Positions 11,612-24,505 of a DNA stretch of 64,000 nt are shown piece by piece. The notes beneath the pieces are model-generated. The model was given only the letters and a program-made list of their open reading frames with translations, was not told the origin of the DNA and did not search any database. Origin of the DNA: Octopus bimaculoides (taxonomy: Eukaryota); assembly GCF_001194135.2 (NCBI RefSeq), contig NC_068987.1, positions 4,601,743 to 4,665,742 of the forward strand, given 5' to 3'. How positions within the stretch are numbered: the stretch's first letter is position 1; each line of letters opens with the position of its first letter. The position numbers and the translations under genes are program-made.

Positions 11612-13599
11612 AAGCATACACATACGCTATTTCATTTCTATGGTTGTTCTTCAGTGCTTTGGTCTAGCGTTCTCTTCGGTACTTTCATTGAGATGAAGAA
11701 CATGAGAACAGTTCTAAAATGTTTACAAGACAATGTGTGTGTGTGACAAGATCCCTTTTTAATTTAATGTCAATGATAAAATCTGATTTCCTAATTAAAA
11801 TACCGAAATATTGGCATATGTAGAATGGGAAAATTACTATTGGTGCCATTTTCATCGTGACCAATATGTAGCACTAACCTTAATTTGGACACAAAGTCCT
11901 TTACACTTTAGCATTTAAACTAGTCTGACCCAGGCCAAAATTCTGTCTTATGCTTAAATTGGCTAGATCCAGCCTCTCACACCTACTCTACAATGTTATT
12001 CTAAAAATATACAATCATGTCATTGAAGAAATAAGCTTCACATTTGACAGACTAATCAGAATGATCAAAAGTTAAAGTACAAGCTGCAGCAATGGACGCA
12101 ATAGATAAGAAATTGCACAGTTTGAACCTTTCTTAGGGACCATGCTGTTATCCCATCAAAAAACATAGTTGTTATTTAACCCCAAGTGAGGTCTGATTGA
12201 GCAGAGTTATGATTAAAAACATTCCAAACATGACAATTCCATCTATTTAGCATGATGGAATGTGTCCTAACTTTCTTAAGATTGTAAGAGGTGCAATTTG
12301 GTGGAATTTAGCTGCTATTTCTAGAAGCTCAAGCATTTGCATAGAGGCACCCACATTGTTTAAAGCATGGATGTTGCTGTTCATTTTATTCTTTTGTCTC
12401 AAGAAGGCAGTCCTGATAAAGCAGAGCTTCAGTCAAGGGCTTTCCAGATGTAACCATTTTGAATTTTTTTTTTTTTTAGACATAGTCTCCCTATAGATAT
12501 ACTACAACTCAGACAACACTAATTTCTGTTTCTTTCTTTCTTTTAAGGCAGTAAGATGTAATTCAAGTATTTGGATAGAAATGTTGTCTGCTATTTCTAG
12601 CAAGCCAAGTAACCATAAAGAGGATATCCATTGACTTGAGATATATAGATGCATAAAAACAAGGTTTTGAGAAAATAAAAAATAACTAAATATTGGAAAT
12701 GATATCAGTTTTTTGGTTCAAGAATTGGACAGTTTTTTAACTAATGCCAAAATAAGGGATATTGTGACAGAAAAATAAAATGGTAGACAGACTAATCAAT
12801 GTTAACGAGAAGATAATCTACGTTTATGAAAACTTAAAATTTGAGATGAAATATTTAAAATATAATGAAGTAGAAAAAGAAAAATGTTGCAAGAGGGTGA
12901 GACAAACCCATAGCTTTTTATTGTAAATGCTTTTGTTTTAACTCTAAGATTTTGAATTTCTTTACCACAAACAAGTGTTCTTCAAATAAATCATACACAA
13001 AAAAAAAAAATCCAAAAACACAAATGTACAAAGAACTAAATAACATTCAAATATTGTTTTAGACATCATCGGCAAAGTGGAATTGTATAAAGACACAAAC
13101 ATGATTTTGTGGCCTTTTTTTTTTTTTTTAATACCTCGTTGTCAAAGATGTAGCTTTAAAGAATGATGTTTTGAAAACATATAATTTATTTATTTATGTT
13201 ACAAAAATAAAACTAAACTAATTTTCCTTTTTTTTTTTTTTTTGAAGACCAAATTGTTGTCTTTATTTTATAAAATAAATATAAAATTAATTTGAGATAT
13301 GTTTCTAAATTTTTAGATTAGAAAACATATTCATAAAAAGAATAGTTTTAATATATTAAAAATGCTAAATAAAAAGAGAAATAACAATATATTACACACA
13401 CACACACATTTATAGATACACATACATACATATAAACTATTTATTTAGCATGTTTGTTAACATATTAAAACATTTTATTTATTTAAATATTCAAATGAGC
13501 AAAAGTAAAAATATATTGATAAATATAAATAGATTCAAATTAATCAAAATCGAAAGTTAAGTAATTGTATTTAAGGAGAATATTACTAAAACAATTTGT

Positions 13600-14500
13600 A
13601 GTTGTTGGTATTCTTTAAGCTAGCTCCTCAAACAAGCCAAAAAAAAAAAAAAAAGCTTGGATGTCACCATGCAATTAAACAATCCCTTACTTACCTCAAT
13701 GCAGTTAAATCCATACAAAAATTGATCCAAGGTACAATTATGTAGTTGAACCAACAAAAGGATATACTTACAGACATGGTTTAAGTGAATTGAGAAGAAA
13801 AAATCAGAAGACAGGTAACCCCTCTTAACTACTTTCTGTTGCAAAAAACACTCCACTGAGCTAGCTACAATCGGTACAGGGTCTTAAATAGCTGCTTGGC
13901 TATGGTATGGTCTTAGGTCTCAGAATGTTTCTTTCAAGATTATTATAGATTGGCACCGTACCAAAATGTTGTTCTATATCGAAAAAAAAAAGTATCAGTG
14001 GCAGGTATTACTGTAAGAGGATCACATGACATGATACCCCATTCGGCATCAGAAAAGGTAGTAACTCCACATGTAATGCACACCGGTTGAGGTAACAAGC
14101 AAATAGTTACAACTGACAAACAGTAGTAGAGAACCGATAGCAGAGAGCTATCGGTACTATGCAACAACAATTCAGCCAGCCAGGCCAAATGGAAAACATC
14201 AGAACCATTCTCTGCCCAACATCTTTTTCTTTCCTAATTACCATTGCCACCATCACTATATAAGTTTTCTCTTTTATTTTTATTTCCTGTAAATTGTATT
14301 TATTTTATTATTTATTATTATTTTTTTTTTTTGTTTCTTTCAGATGCTGTGTGAGAAACCAAAGCATAAGAGAGAAACGAAAATACAGAGGGAGAGAAGA
14401 GAGAAAGAAAGAAAGTGAGAGAGAAAGAGAGGTGGGAGAGGGGGGGCTTGGGAGTTGCTAGCTATCTATATCAGACCAGAAATACCCCAGCTATGTAATA
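13600..14500 (-). promoter_or_regulatory. Candidate internal promoter / alternative first exon
   Basis: Unique, repeat-free sequence with a GA-rich tract at about 14360-14450, donor aaccATGTCT|GTAAGT at 13772 and a second donor ATTGAG|GTAAGT at 13695. Confidence 0.3.
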
Positions 14501-15410
14501 TGAGAAACATTCCTACCCTGGTGTTCTTTTAAACATTTATGTCTACCCTTATCACAAACCAACTCCATCATCATCATCATCACTATGGCTGTCACCAGAG
14601 CATTGTTATCCCTATCACTTCCCCACCACCACCCCTCCTGTCAAATAGATTGTTCTAGTAATAACAATTAACTAACAAGGTTAATAATGCTTTCATATGG
14701 TTTTTAAAAACTACAATATTATACATTCAAGTGGAAATATAAATAGAAGCTGTAACATTTCTTAAAAGAAGGTCAATAATCCTATTAGAAAGAAATGCTT
14801 TTAACCTGTGTTTCATTGTGCACTTTGCATGTACACGTAGCAACAGGCAAAGCTGGATTGGATGACAGTGAACCAGTGATGGGGTTACAAATGGTGATGA
14901 AAGGACTGACAAACTGACTGATTGATCAAATGATCAACTAATCACGCTTATGGTTTGATTAGTTATTTAATTAACTAACAATAAGATGCAACAAATTATA
15001 ATCAGTGCGTGTGTTTTTATTGGCAAAATGATCCTCCCAAGATACAACAATATATATATATATGATTATACCCTTTGTACTTCAGTATCTGCTTTGGTAT
15101 GGTTTCTGCAGCTAGATGCCCTTCCTAATGCCAACCACTTTATTGAATGTACTAGGTGCTTTGTTCATACCACCAGCGCTAGTGGGGGGCCACCATACCA
15201 TTTGCAAGACTATGAACTACTCTAAGTAACCATATCAACATGTGGTCAGAATGTTCTAGTAGATCTGTGCATGTTTCTAGAACATGAGGATCACTCTACA
15301 CACTACCAATAAGCAGTGTCATTGAGTACTTTCCCAAGGGTCTCATGGGTTTAGGGACCTCAATTCTGATCTATGTATGTTGTGGTTTGTTGTCAATAAG
15401 TAAATATCAT

Positions 15411-15566
15411 AAGGGCCGGTGTACCAATTTGCCTGGGGGCCTCATAGATCTAAGGGCCCTCATAGGTCTGGCGGCACAATTCCTATTTATGTATTACTGT
15501 CAGTAAATATAGGGCCCAAGATATTGATTTGCCCAGGGGCTTTATAATACTGCTAAGACAGCCCTA
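15411..15566. mobile_element. Decayed hAT-like MITE
   Basis: Termini AAGGGCCGGT / GACAGCCCTA with internal GGGGC/GGGCCC subterminal motifs; no clear TSD. Confidence 0.5.
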
Positions 15567-17590
15567 GTAATAGACCCCTTCTGGTGTTACTAGAACTGGT
15601 AGAACTAAAGAAGTAATTGAATATAGTCTTTGGGAACGAAACCTAAACTAATTCAACAATTATTTCTTTAAATTTCAGTGTGAAGCTATCTCAATGTTTA
15701 GGACAAAAATTCCTGTCTTGTTTTTAAAATGAGACAGGAATTTAGAAACTAGGAAATCTAGAACTACGTGATTAAAGAAAGCAATATCTGAAATCTAAAA
15801 AAATAATAGAAAATATATTTGAAATGAAACAAAAATTAGTTTGTACCTTTGTGTTTTTTTTTAATACAATGTCTTCACTGAAATAAATGTAAGTATTTAT
15901 GATAACCATGGCAGAATTTGAAAATATTTAAAAGTCAGGCTGGATTGATAGCATTGAAAGTGATTTTATTACAATACAAAATAAAAATNNNNNNNNNNNN
16001 NNNNNNNNNNNNNNNNNNNNNNNNNNNNNNNNNNNNNNNNNNNNNNNNNNNNNNNNNNNNNNNNNNNNNNNNNNNNNNNNNNNNNNNNNNNNNNNNNNNN
16101 NNNNNNNNNNNNNNNNNNNNNNNNNNNNNNNNNNNNNNNNNNNNNNNNNNNNNNNNNNNNNNNNNNNNNNNNNNNNNNNNNNNNNNNNNNNNNNNNNNNN
16201 NNNNNNNNNNNNNNNNNNNNNNNNNNNNNNNNNNNNNNNNNNNNNNNNNNNNNNNNNNNNNNNNNNNNNNNNNNNNNNNNNNNNNNNNNNNNNNNNNNNN
16301 NNNNNNNNNNNNNNNNNNNNNNNNNNNNNNNNNNNNNNNNNNNNNNNNNNNNNNNNNNNNNNNNNNNNNNNNNNNNNNNNAGGAAAATAAAAATAAGAAA
16401 TAAGTGGAAATTTTATCGGTGAGTGTGTTAAATTTTAAGGCACAATAAGAAAATGACTCTCCCCAGACACAACAGAATATGCTTCAACACACGAAATCAC
16501 ATAAAAAATCTTGCAAACCAAATCCAAAAACGAAATATATATATGTATATATATATATATATATGTGAGAACTAAGTTGTGTGCAGCTAACAAAAATGGT
16601 TATTTGGACCAAGTTATTTAATTGTCCACAAACTGAAATCTTTATTGGCCTAACAGAATCATTTAAAGATTATGACCTACATACGGATAGAAAAACAGCT
16701 CACATCATCTAGAGAATAGAACTATGAAGCAAATGAAACAAGGCTCAGTTCCATGAATTCCAACAAAGACTGAATTTTTTGTTTTTTTTTGTTTCTTGTT
16801 TCCTCACTTTTCCATTATTATGCTACGCACGATTAAAAAAAAAAAACAAGCAGATGTTACTAACATCTTCCAACCTAATTATATCCTCAACAACACAGAG
16901 AGCATATGCTGTGTTTATGGAACTGACACAGAACACATAAAATTAGACCATATTTTTGAGATGCTGGTGGAATCTCTTGAGCTAGATGCACATAGTATAC
17001 TTTATTTATGCAAGCTGGCAATGCACCAGACAGAATTATAGAATAACACAAGATGCCCCAATGCATCATGGAAGTATGTTCACAGTTCTTCTATGAAATC
17101 TCGGGTTTCAGTCAACTGGCAGCCAAAGATGTCAGTTGTTTCAACAATATTAGAGGCTCGAAGCTGTATGCAGCAATGAGAACCGAACATACATACCCTA
17201 TATAACTAAGCTTCTACCTTTTATTTGTTTCAGTCACTGGACTGCGGCCATGCTTCAGCACTGCCTTGGAGGGTTTCAAACAAACAGATGAACCCCCAAT
17301 ACAAGTATTTTTTGAAGTCTAGGATTTATTCTACTTATTTTTTGCTGAACCGCAAGCTGAAGGGGTAATGATCAAAACACACACACACACACACACACAC
17401 ACGGACATATATTTAATGATGGCTTAGCAGGTCAAAACTTCAAAGTTACTGTCAATAATATTCTTGTTAAAGAATAATAAATTTGTGCTCCATCAAATGC
17501 ACATCAGTTTGATGTAAAATTGTTTTTATTATAACATAAAAGCAAACATTAATATATCTATCTATCTATCTATATCTATTTATCTATCTA

Positions 17591-17680
<90 letters not shown>

Positions 17681-18531
17681 TATATATTGTTACTATTATG
17701 TTGAACTGTCGTATGTCAAATGTCACCAAATGCATTTTTTCCAATATTTATTTTTGCTTGCCATAACTGGTTCTTTTGGTCAAACTATCGTATCTACAGC
17801 TGCTTCAGATGCCAAGATATCAAGATTTTGTCAAAGTGTAGTACAACGGTTTTGCTATGGACTGGTGAAACTATTTTTTTGCATTTTCTGAAAAGACGTT
17901 TTGAACTTACGACGCTTTTGCGTTATAGCAACAATATATGTGATGGCTTTGTTGAGAAGAACTAATAAGACCAAAACATGTCCATAATTTTCAATAGTTA
18001 GTTTTAAAGACAAGACTCAGTCCAACATTGGTATGGATCCTGGGTTTAAAACTAACTGATAAAACTAATGTATATATCTATCTTTATTTTCTGAAAATTT
18101 CAATTGGCTGTTATTATTAGAATTATCTCCCTTAGTTGCTTCTTTATATATATATATATTTTAAACACTATGTTGATTTTGTCAAATAAACTCACAGTTA
18201 AAGTTTCTGAATACAACATGTGTTAAATATGTAACACCCTAACATGAATATGAGATGTGTCTCTGCCAACAGCTATAGGCAACAGTGGTAGTGGTTGTGG
18301 TGGTGGTGGTGATGATGTTGGAGATGATGGTGGTGGTGATGATGGTGGGAGTGATGATCATGATCATGATGATGATGATGATGACGATGATGATGGTGGT
18401 GGTGGTGATGATGATGGTGGTGGTTGTGGTGGTGGTGGATGCAGCAGAACCAGCCAAGTTAGTGATAAGGCAAATGAGAGTAAGAAAGAAAAAAAAAATA
18501 AATAAATAAATAAAATAATAATAATAATAAT

Positions 18532-18568
<37 letters not shown>

Positions 18569-19630
18569 GTCTGATGATGTATTATCATCAGAAATGAAAG
18601 AAAAACTATTTTAAAGAATGTCACATTAATGAGAGCATATAAAGTGGAACAATACCATTGAAACTAGCAGAAAGAACATTGTGTACGCATATATGTATGT
18701 ATGTATGTATGTATGTGTGCATGTGTGTGTATGTATGGATGTTTGTATATGCACACAAGTACAAATGGCAGTGATGAAAAATAAAGGTAACCTGACTGTT
18801 AATGATTACCTCAGGTAGCAACAGAAGACCTGTTGTGTTTTTGTATTTTTTGTATTTTCATGTTGCCAAACATTTGACACGCTCCCAGAAAGCAGTTAAG
18901 AGTGAACCATGTCAAATGATTCTATCTTAAAACTGATTTATACTCGTCATACAAACATACATTCATTGCATACACACATATATTATACACACACATGTAT
19001 ATTGTACATACGCACAACCAATTGCTACGTGACCCACACCCAGGTAACATCTGATGCCTTATTTATAGTTTTTTGGTACTAGATGTGGAACCTTCACCAC
19101 CAGCATCACCACCACCACCACCACCACCAACACCACCACCACCACCAGCATCACTACACAAATAGATGGCATAGCTGCAAGAGCTGACATGAAACAGTGT
19201 ATGAAGAGTTTGGAAATTTGAGAACCGATATAATGATGTCTTCTTGAGAAACAAAACAAAACAAAAAAAAAAGACAGGTAGTGGTGATAATGATGATGTT
19301 GATGATGATGATGAAGTGAAGAATGCAGAAGAGGAGGATTTCGAAGAGGTGCAGGATGAGAATAGTAAAAGAGGGTTTATAAAGCTTAAGACACTTAATT
19401 AAGTTGTATAACGAATGAAGTGTAATTATTAGGAAACACGATTTGTTTTGTTATCAGTTGCTTATATTTCTTCTGTTATCTCAACACTATCAGAAAATGA
19501 GAGAAAAGATACTTTTACCAGTCACTAATCATGTATATATTATGTGAGTAATGTTGTAGTAGTAGTAGTAGCTGTAGTAGTAACAGTAATAATAACAGTG
19601 ATGATGATAATAATAATAATACCAACAAAA

Positions 19631-19663
<33 letters not shown>

Positions 19664-20852
19664 GTTAGCTGGCACATTTCACTGAAGTCAACTTTGCCTC
19701 TCACCCTTTAAGGGTTAGTAAAATAAGTATTATTTGAGCACTGGGGTCAACGCAGTCAACAAGCCCTCACCCCTAAAATTCCAGGTTTTGTGCCTATAGT
19801 AAAAAGAATTATCATTATTATCATTGTTATCATTATTATTATTATTATTACTATCTTTATTATTATTGTTATTATGCGGTGCGTAAAAATATGAGAATTA
19901 TTGAAACATCTCTTTACATGTTTGTTTCTTCGACAGCCTTGGAAAGCTAAAAGTTTCTATTAATATATTAATATCTGTAGAACCTGCTGCCACTCCACTG
20001 CTGTATTACCGTACTACTAACTAAATAACTTATCTCACCATCGTGATTAGTAACAATAATAGAATTTAGATAACATCATCCCACATACCTCAATACACAA
20101 TTTACACCACATTTCATGCTCATATTAAATAGTTTTGCATAGATTTTCCAGATCAGCCTAGCCTTTGTTTTTTTCTCTTTCACCGTTTGAAGAACATTTG
20201 TATAAAATATGTATTTTATCTATTCCAAGAAAGAAAATAAAACCCAGCCAAACAAGCTGCTTCTTAAACTGCTCATTGTAGCCCATCTCTTAATCTCAAT
20301 TACATCGAAGCCTTAGTTTTGAGTCCCAAATCTCAAAGAGCACTGATGGCATGACAGACACATTGATATCGGAGCAAAATTAGCTCCAGGAAGGCCCAAT
20401 TTTGCATATAGAATCTGATGGCATAACATAGAAGACAAATGATCATATTAGACACATTTCAATTTCAGCAGCACATGTTCAGGAAAAAGTGAACATCAGA
20501 AACAAAATTAGCTTATAGGAGGCCCAACTTTGCATAAAGAACTCAGGGTGATTTTTTGAGATTTTTTTGGGGGAAAAATGGGTGCCATCAAATACAGTAT
20601 CTGCAAAATGACAAATGGATAAGCTAGTTTAATACTAGTTTAACAATTTGTCTATCTCAACTAGCGCTGTACCAACTATTTTCTCATGGAATACTGATCA
20701 GCATTAATAATCTTCCAGAATTTATTCTAGATTCCTGTATTCCATTCCAAGTTCAACTCCTACTGATGCCATGTATGACTTTTATTCTACCAGGAATAAA
20801 TTGGTGAAACCGTTAGAGCATTGGATGAGGTGCCTTGCTGCAGTTGCTCTAG

Positions 20853-21086
20853 TTTGTCCTCATCTTGTTTGTTGTTAACACGTTTTGGCTGGTATACCTT
20901 CCAGCCTTCATCAGGTGTCTTGGGGAAATTTCGAACCTGGGCTCTCATTCCTTAGGTATTTTTCGATGTTATTATTATTATTATTATTATTCAGGTCACT
21001 GCCTGGAATCAAACTCAGAATCTTGGGGTTTGTAGCCCGTGCTCTTAACCACTACACCATATGCCCGTCAAATGTAAATAATGTAA
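20853..21086 (-). mobile_element. tRNA-headed SINE with a hammerhead-bearing Penelope-like tail, copy 1 (5' part inverted relative to the terminal 22 nt)
   Basis: Head 21067-20992 with A box TGGTGTAGTGG and B box GAGTTTGATTCC, (AAT)n linker, hammerhead with GAAA changed to AAAA; body shared with the copies at 34.7 and 40.5 kb. Confidence 0.75.
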
Positions 21087-21552
21087 CTAAATTAGGTTTG
21101 TATTATGCCCCAAGAGGGATGAAAATCAGAGTTAGCACCAATGAGATTTGACATAGGGGTTTTTATCTTTCAAAATAGATTTGCCTGAAATCTAGGAGAA
21201 TGTTCAGTGCTTCAATAACCGAGAGTTAGGTGCAAAGTAATGGAAACCAGTTTGTGATATGATTTACTGCAGCTGAGTGAAGCAATTACTAGAGGAAACC
21301 TAAGTAAGCAGATTCTTACAAGAACCCTACAGTGGCAGTGCGATAGAGAGAGAGAGAGAGAGAGAGAGAGTGGAGAGAGAGGTGAGAGAAAGAAGCTAAA
21401 GACATCAGGTAAGCATTGAGCAACAATATAGAAAATAACTGTAATTGATATATTTCAAGGGGGGGGGGGAATATGTTTATTTTGGTTCACAAAAAAAAGA
21501 AAAAAATGAGAGAGAGAAAGAAAAAAAGAACAGAAAGNNNNNNNNNNATATG

Positions 21553-21593
<41 letters not shown>

Positions 21594-22571
21594 ATATGTG
21601 TGTGTGTGTGTGTGTGTATATGTATATGTGTGTGTGTGTGTGTGTATGTGTGACCAAAATGCTCATTAAAGTATTCTTAGGTGTTTTGCTACTTAAAGAT
21701 GAAAGCTAGTCAAACGTATAAAAGAATTATGGGAGTGATGATGAAGATGAGGATATAAGGGATAACGATAGGGATGATGATGATGATGATGATGACAGTA
21801 ATAAATAAGGATGATGGTGGTGGTGGTAGTAGTGGTGGTGGTGGTGATAAGCATGACAACACTACCAATACATAAAATTTGTTACGTATCTTCTTAATCT
21901 TGAATCATGCAACACAAGGCCAGAGTTCTGAAAATGTTACTCCAGAAATGCTATTTCGCTGCAAATATGCAGGGATGCAAATGGCAATTTATGCGCGGCA
22001 ATGCTCGTTTTCCCCTTAAACTTTTGACCTTCCAAGTTTGGGTAAAGTATGCAACTATTATTAAAACTAATATTTGGCAACTATGCTGAACTGCTGCCGG
22101 CTACTAGCATAGAAGTTACCTTTTTTTTTTTATTTATTTGTGTTGGTTTTGTTCTGTTTTTTTTTTCTTTTGGTTTTTGTTCTTTATTTCTTCTATAGTT
22201 TTATCCCCTTCCATCTAACCCATGAAATGTTATTCTGCTTAGAAAGTCTCGGAAGAGATACAAAATGGCAACATTTTTAAGACTGGAAGGAAGGAAGGAA
22301 GGAAGTGAAAGAGGAAGTGGGCAGGAAAGGTGAATCTGTTTGACCCTCCTGCCTGTCTGTTGTCTGTCTGGAGAAGGCAATTACTGAAGCGAAATCACAG
22401 GCAAAATATATATATATAAGAAATGTGAGTTTCTGACAGCTTTGCCAAGGTGAAGGTGAACAGCACGCCAATTAAAATGGCTAAATCATATTGGAGATGT
22501 TTGAGAAGATGGAAGTAGAGCTGTCTATAACATTGCCTAACAGACAAATGCGTGATACATATATATTTCAT

Positions 22572-22609
<38 letters not shown>

Positions 22610-23699
22610 TATGAACAGTAGTAACACTACTCAGAGTTTAATAATCTGGCAGTTATTCTATAAAGAGGATTAAGACATTTACAATATTGATATTTCATTC
22701 CTTCTTGATTAAAATAGTTTGTAGCCATTGTACTAATGTTGTTGTTGTTATTGAGTTCCAAGCCATCAGATTCAACAGATCTTTGCTCAAAAGCTTCCCA
22801 GGTGTGGTTATCATATCTTTATTTCTGTCACAGTGCAACTTGGACTACATCATTCAATGTCGCCTACCCTTTTTTTTAAAGACGGTAGAATGTGATTATT
22901 GAGAGACATTTGGCAGTTATTTCTAGCAAAATCAGTGACCACATAAAGCACCCTTGTGGTGCCTGAATAACTCAGTCAGTAGAACAACAGCTCAGCCATC
23001 ATCATACTACACACACACACAAAATGGGCTTCAGTACAGTTTCCATCAATCAAATTCACTCACGAGGCAATGTTCTGTTCAGGGCTATTTGTAGAAGACG
23101 TTTGCCCGAGGTACCATGTGGTTCCAAAGCAAGCTTCATCTGCTAATCTTTCATGTTTAACATGTACAATACATTAATCTACTTAGCGATTTTCTCATAT
23201 CCCTACTTTCACAAGAATGGTGAGAAGGTTTAACGCCTGTTTTCCAAGCTGTCATGGGTTGGATGGTTTGACAGGGGCTAGCCAGCTGGAGAGCTGCACC
23301 AGGCTCCAATTGTCTTGGTTTCGACAGCTGGATGCCCTTCCTAATGCCAACCACTTTACAGAGAGTCCTGGGTGCTATTTTACGTGGCACCATCACAAGT
23401 GCTTTGCATATTAAACCAGAAGCACATACTTTATCATGTTTATATGGATTAATTCATGTTGGCAACAACTACATTTAAGCAAATTAGGGCCGATAACATT
23501 AAGCAGAGGATATAAGAGTATCAGGGAACTTTTGATTCTAAGCAGAAAATTTTAAAGATAACCATTTGCAAAAGAGAAAACCATACCGAAAGCAACAGAG
23601 AACAGGAATGGAAAGAACGAGAGAAACAGAGAGAGATAGAGAGAGACAGAGAGAGAAAAGGAAGAAAGTAGCTCAACTTTTGAATTCCCAATTACTTAC

Positions 23700-23879
23700 C
23701 CTTTTGCGTCTTTCTTCTGCTTCTCGTTTCTTGCGTTCTTCTTCCTCTTTCTTCTGCTGTTCGTCTTCTGCCTGTCGTCTTACAGCTTCTTCGGCAGCAC
23801 GTTTTTCTTCTTTGATCTTTCTTTGAGCCTCTTCTGCTTCTCGGCGTTCCCTTTCCTCAGCTTCCTTCTTTCGGCGTTC
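23700..23879 (-). CDS. Coding exon 6 (60 codons), ER/K-rich charged single-alpha-helix-type segment (ERRKKEAEERERREAEE...EAEERRKR)
   Basis: Acceptor gattgcatttag|GAA, donor AGG|GTAAGT, 180 nt, strong E/R/K periodicity. Confidence 0.92.
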
Positions 23880-24460
23880 CTAAATGCAATCGACCAGTTT
23901 TTGAACGATGAATAAAGCAGAAACNNNNNNNNNNNNNNNNNNNNNNNNNNNNNNNNNNNNNNNNNNNNNNNNNNNNNNNNNNNNNNNNNNNNNNNNNNNN
24001 NNNNNNNNNNNNNNNNNNNNNNNNNNNNNNNNNNNNNNNNNNNNNNNNNNNNNNNNNNNNNNNNNNNNNNNNNNNNNNNNNNNNNNNNNNNNNNNNNNNN
24101 NNNNNNNNNNNNNNNNNNNNNNNNNNNNNNNNNNNNNNNNNNNNNNTAATACAATGCATTGTATATTTATCCTAAATGCATTCAGGGAGATTCAAATGTG
24201 AATATACTATTAATTTCTATTTTATGGCAACTTTATTTTCATGACACACTCATTAGTGCAAGGGACTCTAAGACAGCTGCTGTTTCAATGTTGTTTAGTC
24301 TCATCAGTGACAGACACGTTGTCGTGCAATTACTGTTAATACCTTGTTCAGAGATTTAACATTGCTTGTTTTCACTTTTTCGAGATCAGTGAACATCTCA
24401 CTGGAAAAAGTATATACGTATTTGCATCGGGACATCTTTCGCATCAAAGATCGTGATTGT

Positions 24461-24505
24461 CGTATGCTGATGACGGGTAAATACCCAGAAACTCGAGTCT
24501 GTGCG
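24461..24505 (+). ncRNA. Type I hammerhead ribozyme motif
   Basis: CGTATG-CTGATGA-C-GGGT/aaat/ACCC-A-GAAA-CTCGAG-TC|TGTGCG: helix I 6 bp including 3 G.U, ACTCGAGT palindrome, GUC triplet. Confidence 0.75.

Noticed and set aside
13943-14188. 81-aa minus-strand ORF (MAWLAELLL..)
   Set aside because: TTG start, no recognisable family, no fitting donor; better read as UTR or promoter sequence.
18239-18624. G/D-rich ORF MSLPTAIGNSGSGCGGGGDD.. and similar ORFs at 19059 and 61229
   Set aside because: (GGT)n/(GAT)n simple repeats with no supporting splice sites.
20992-21067. tRNA gene (also the heads at 48533 and 35265)
   Set aside because: No closed acceptor stem, and each is fused to a repeat body, so these are SINE heads.
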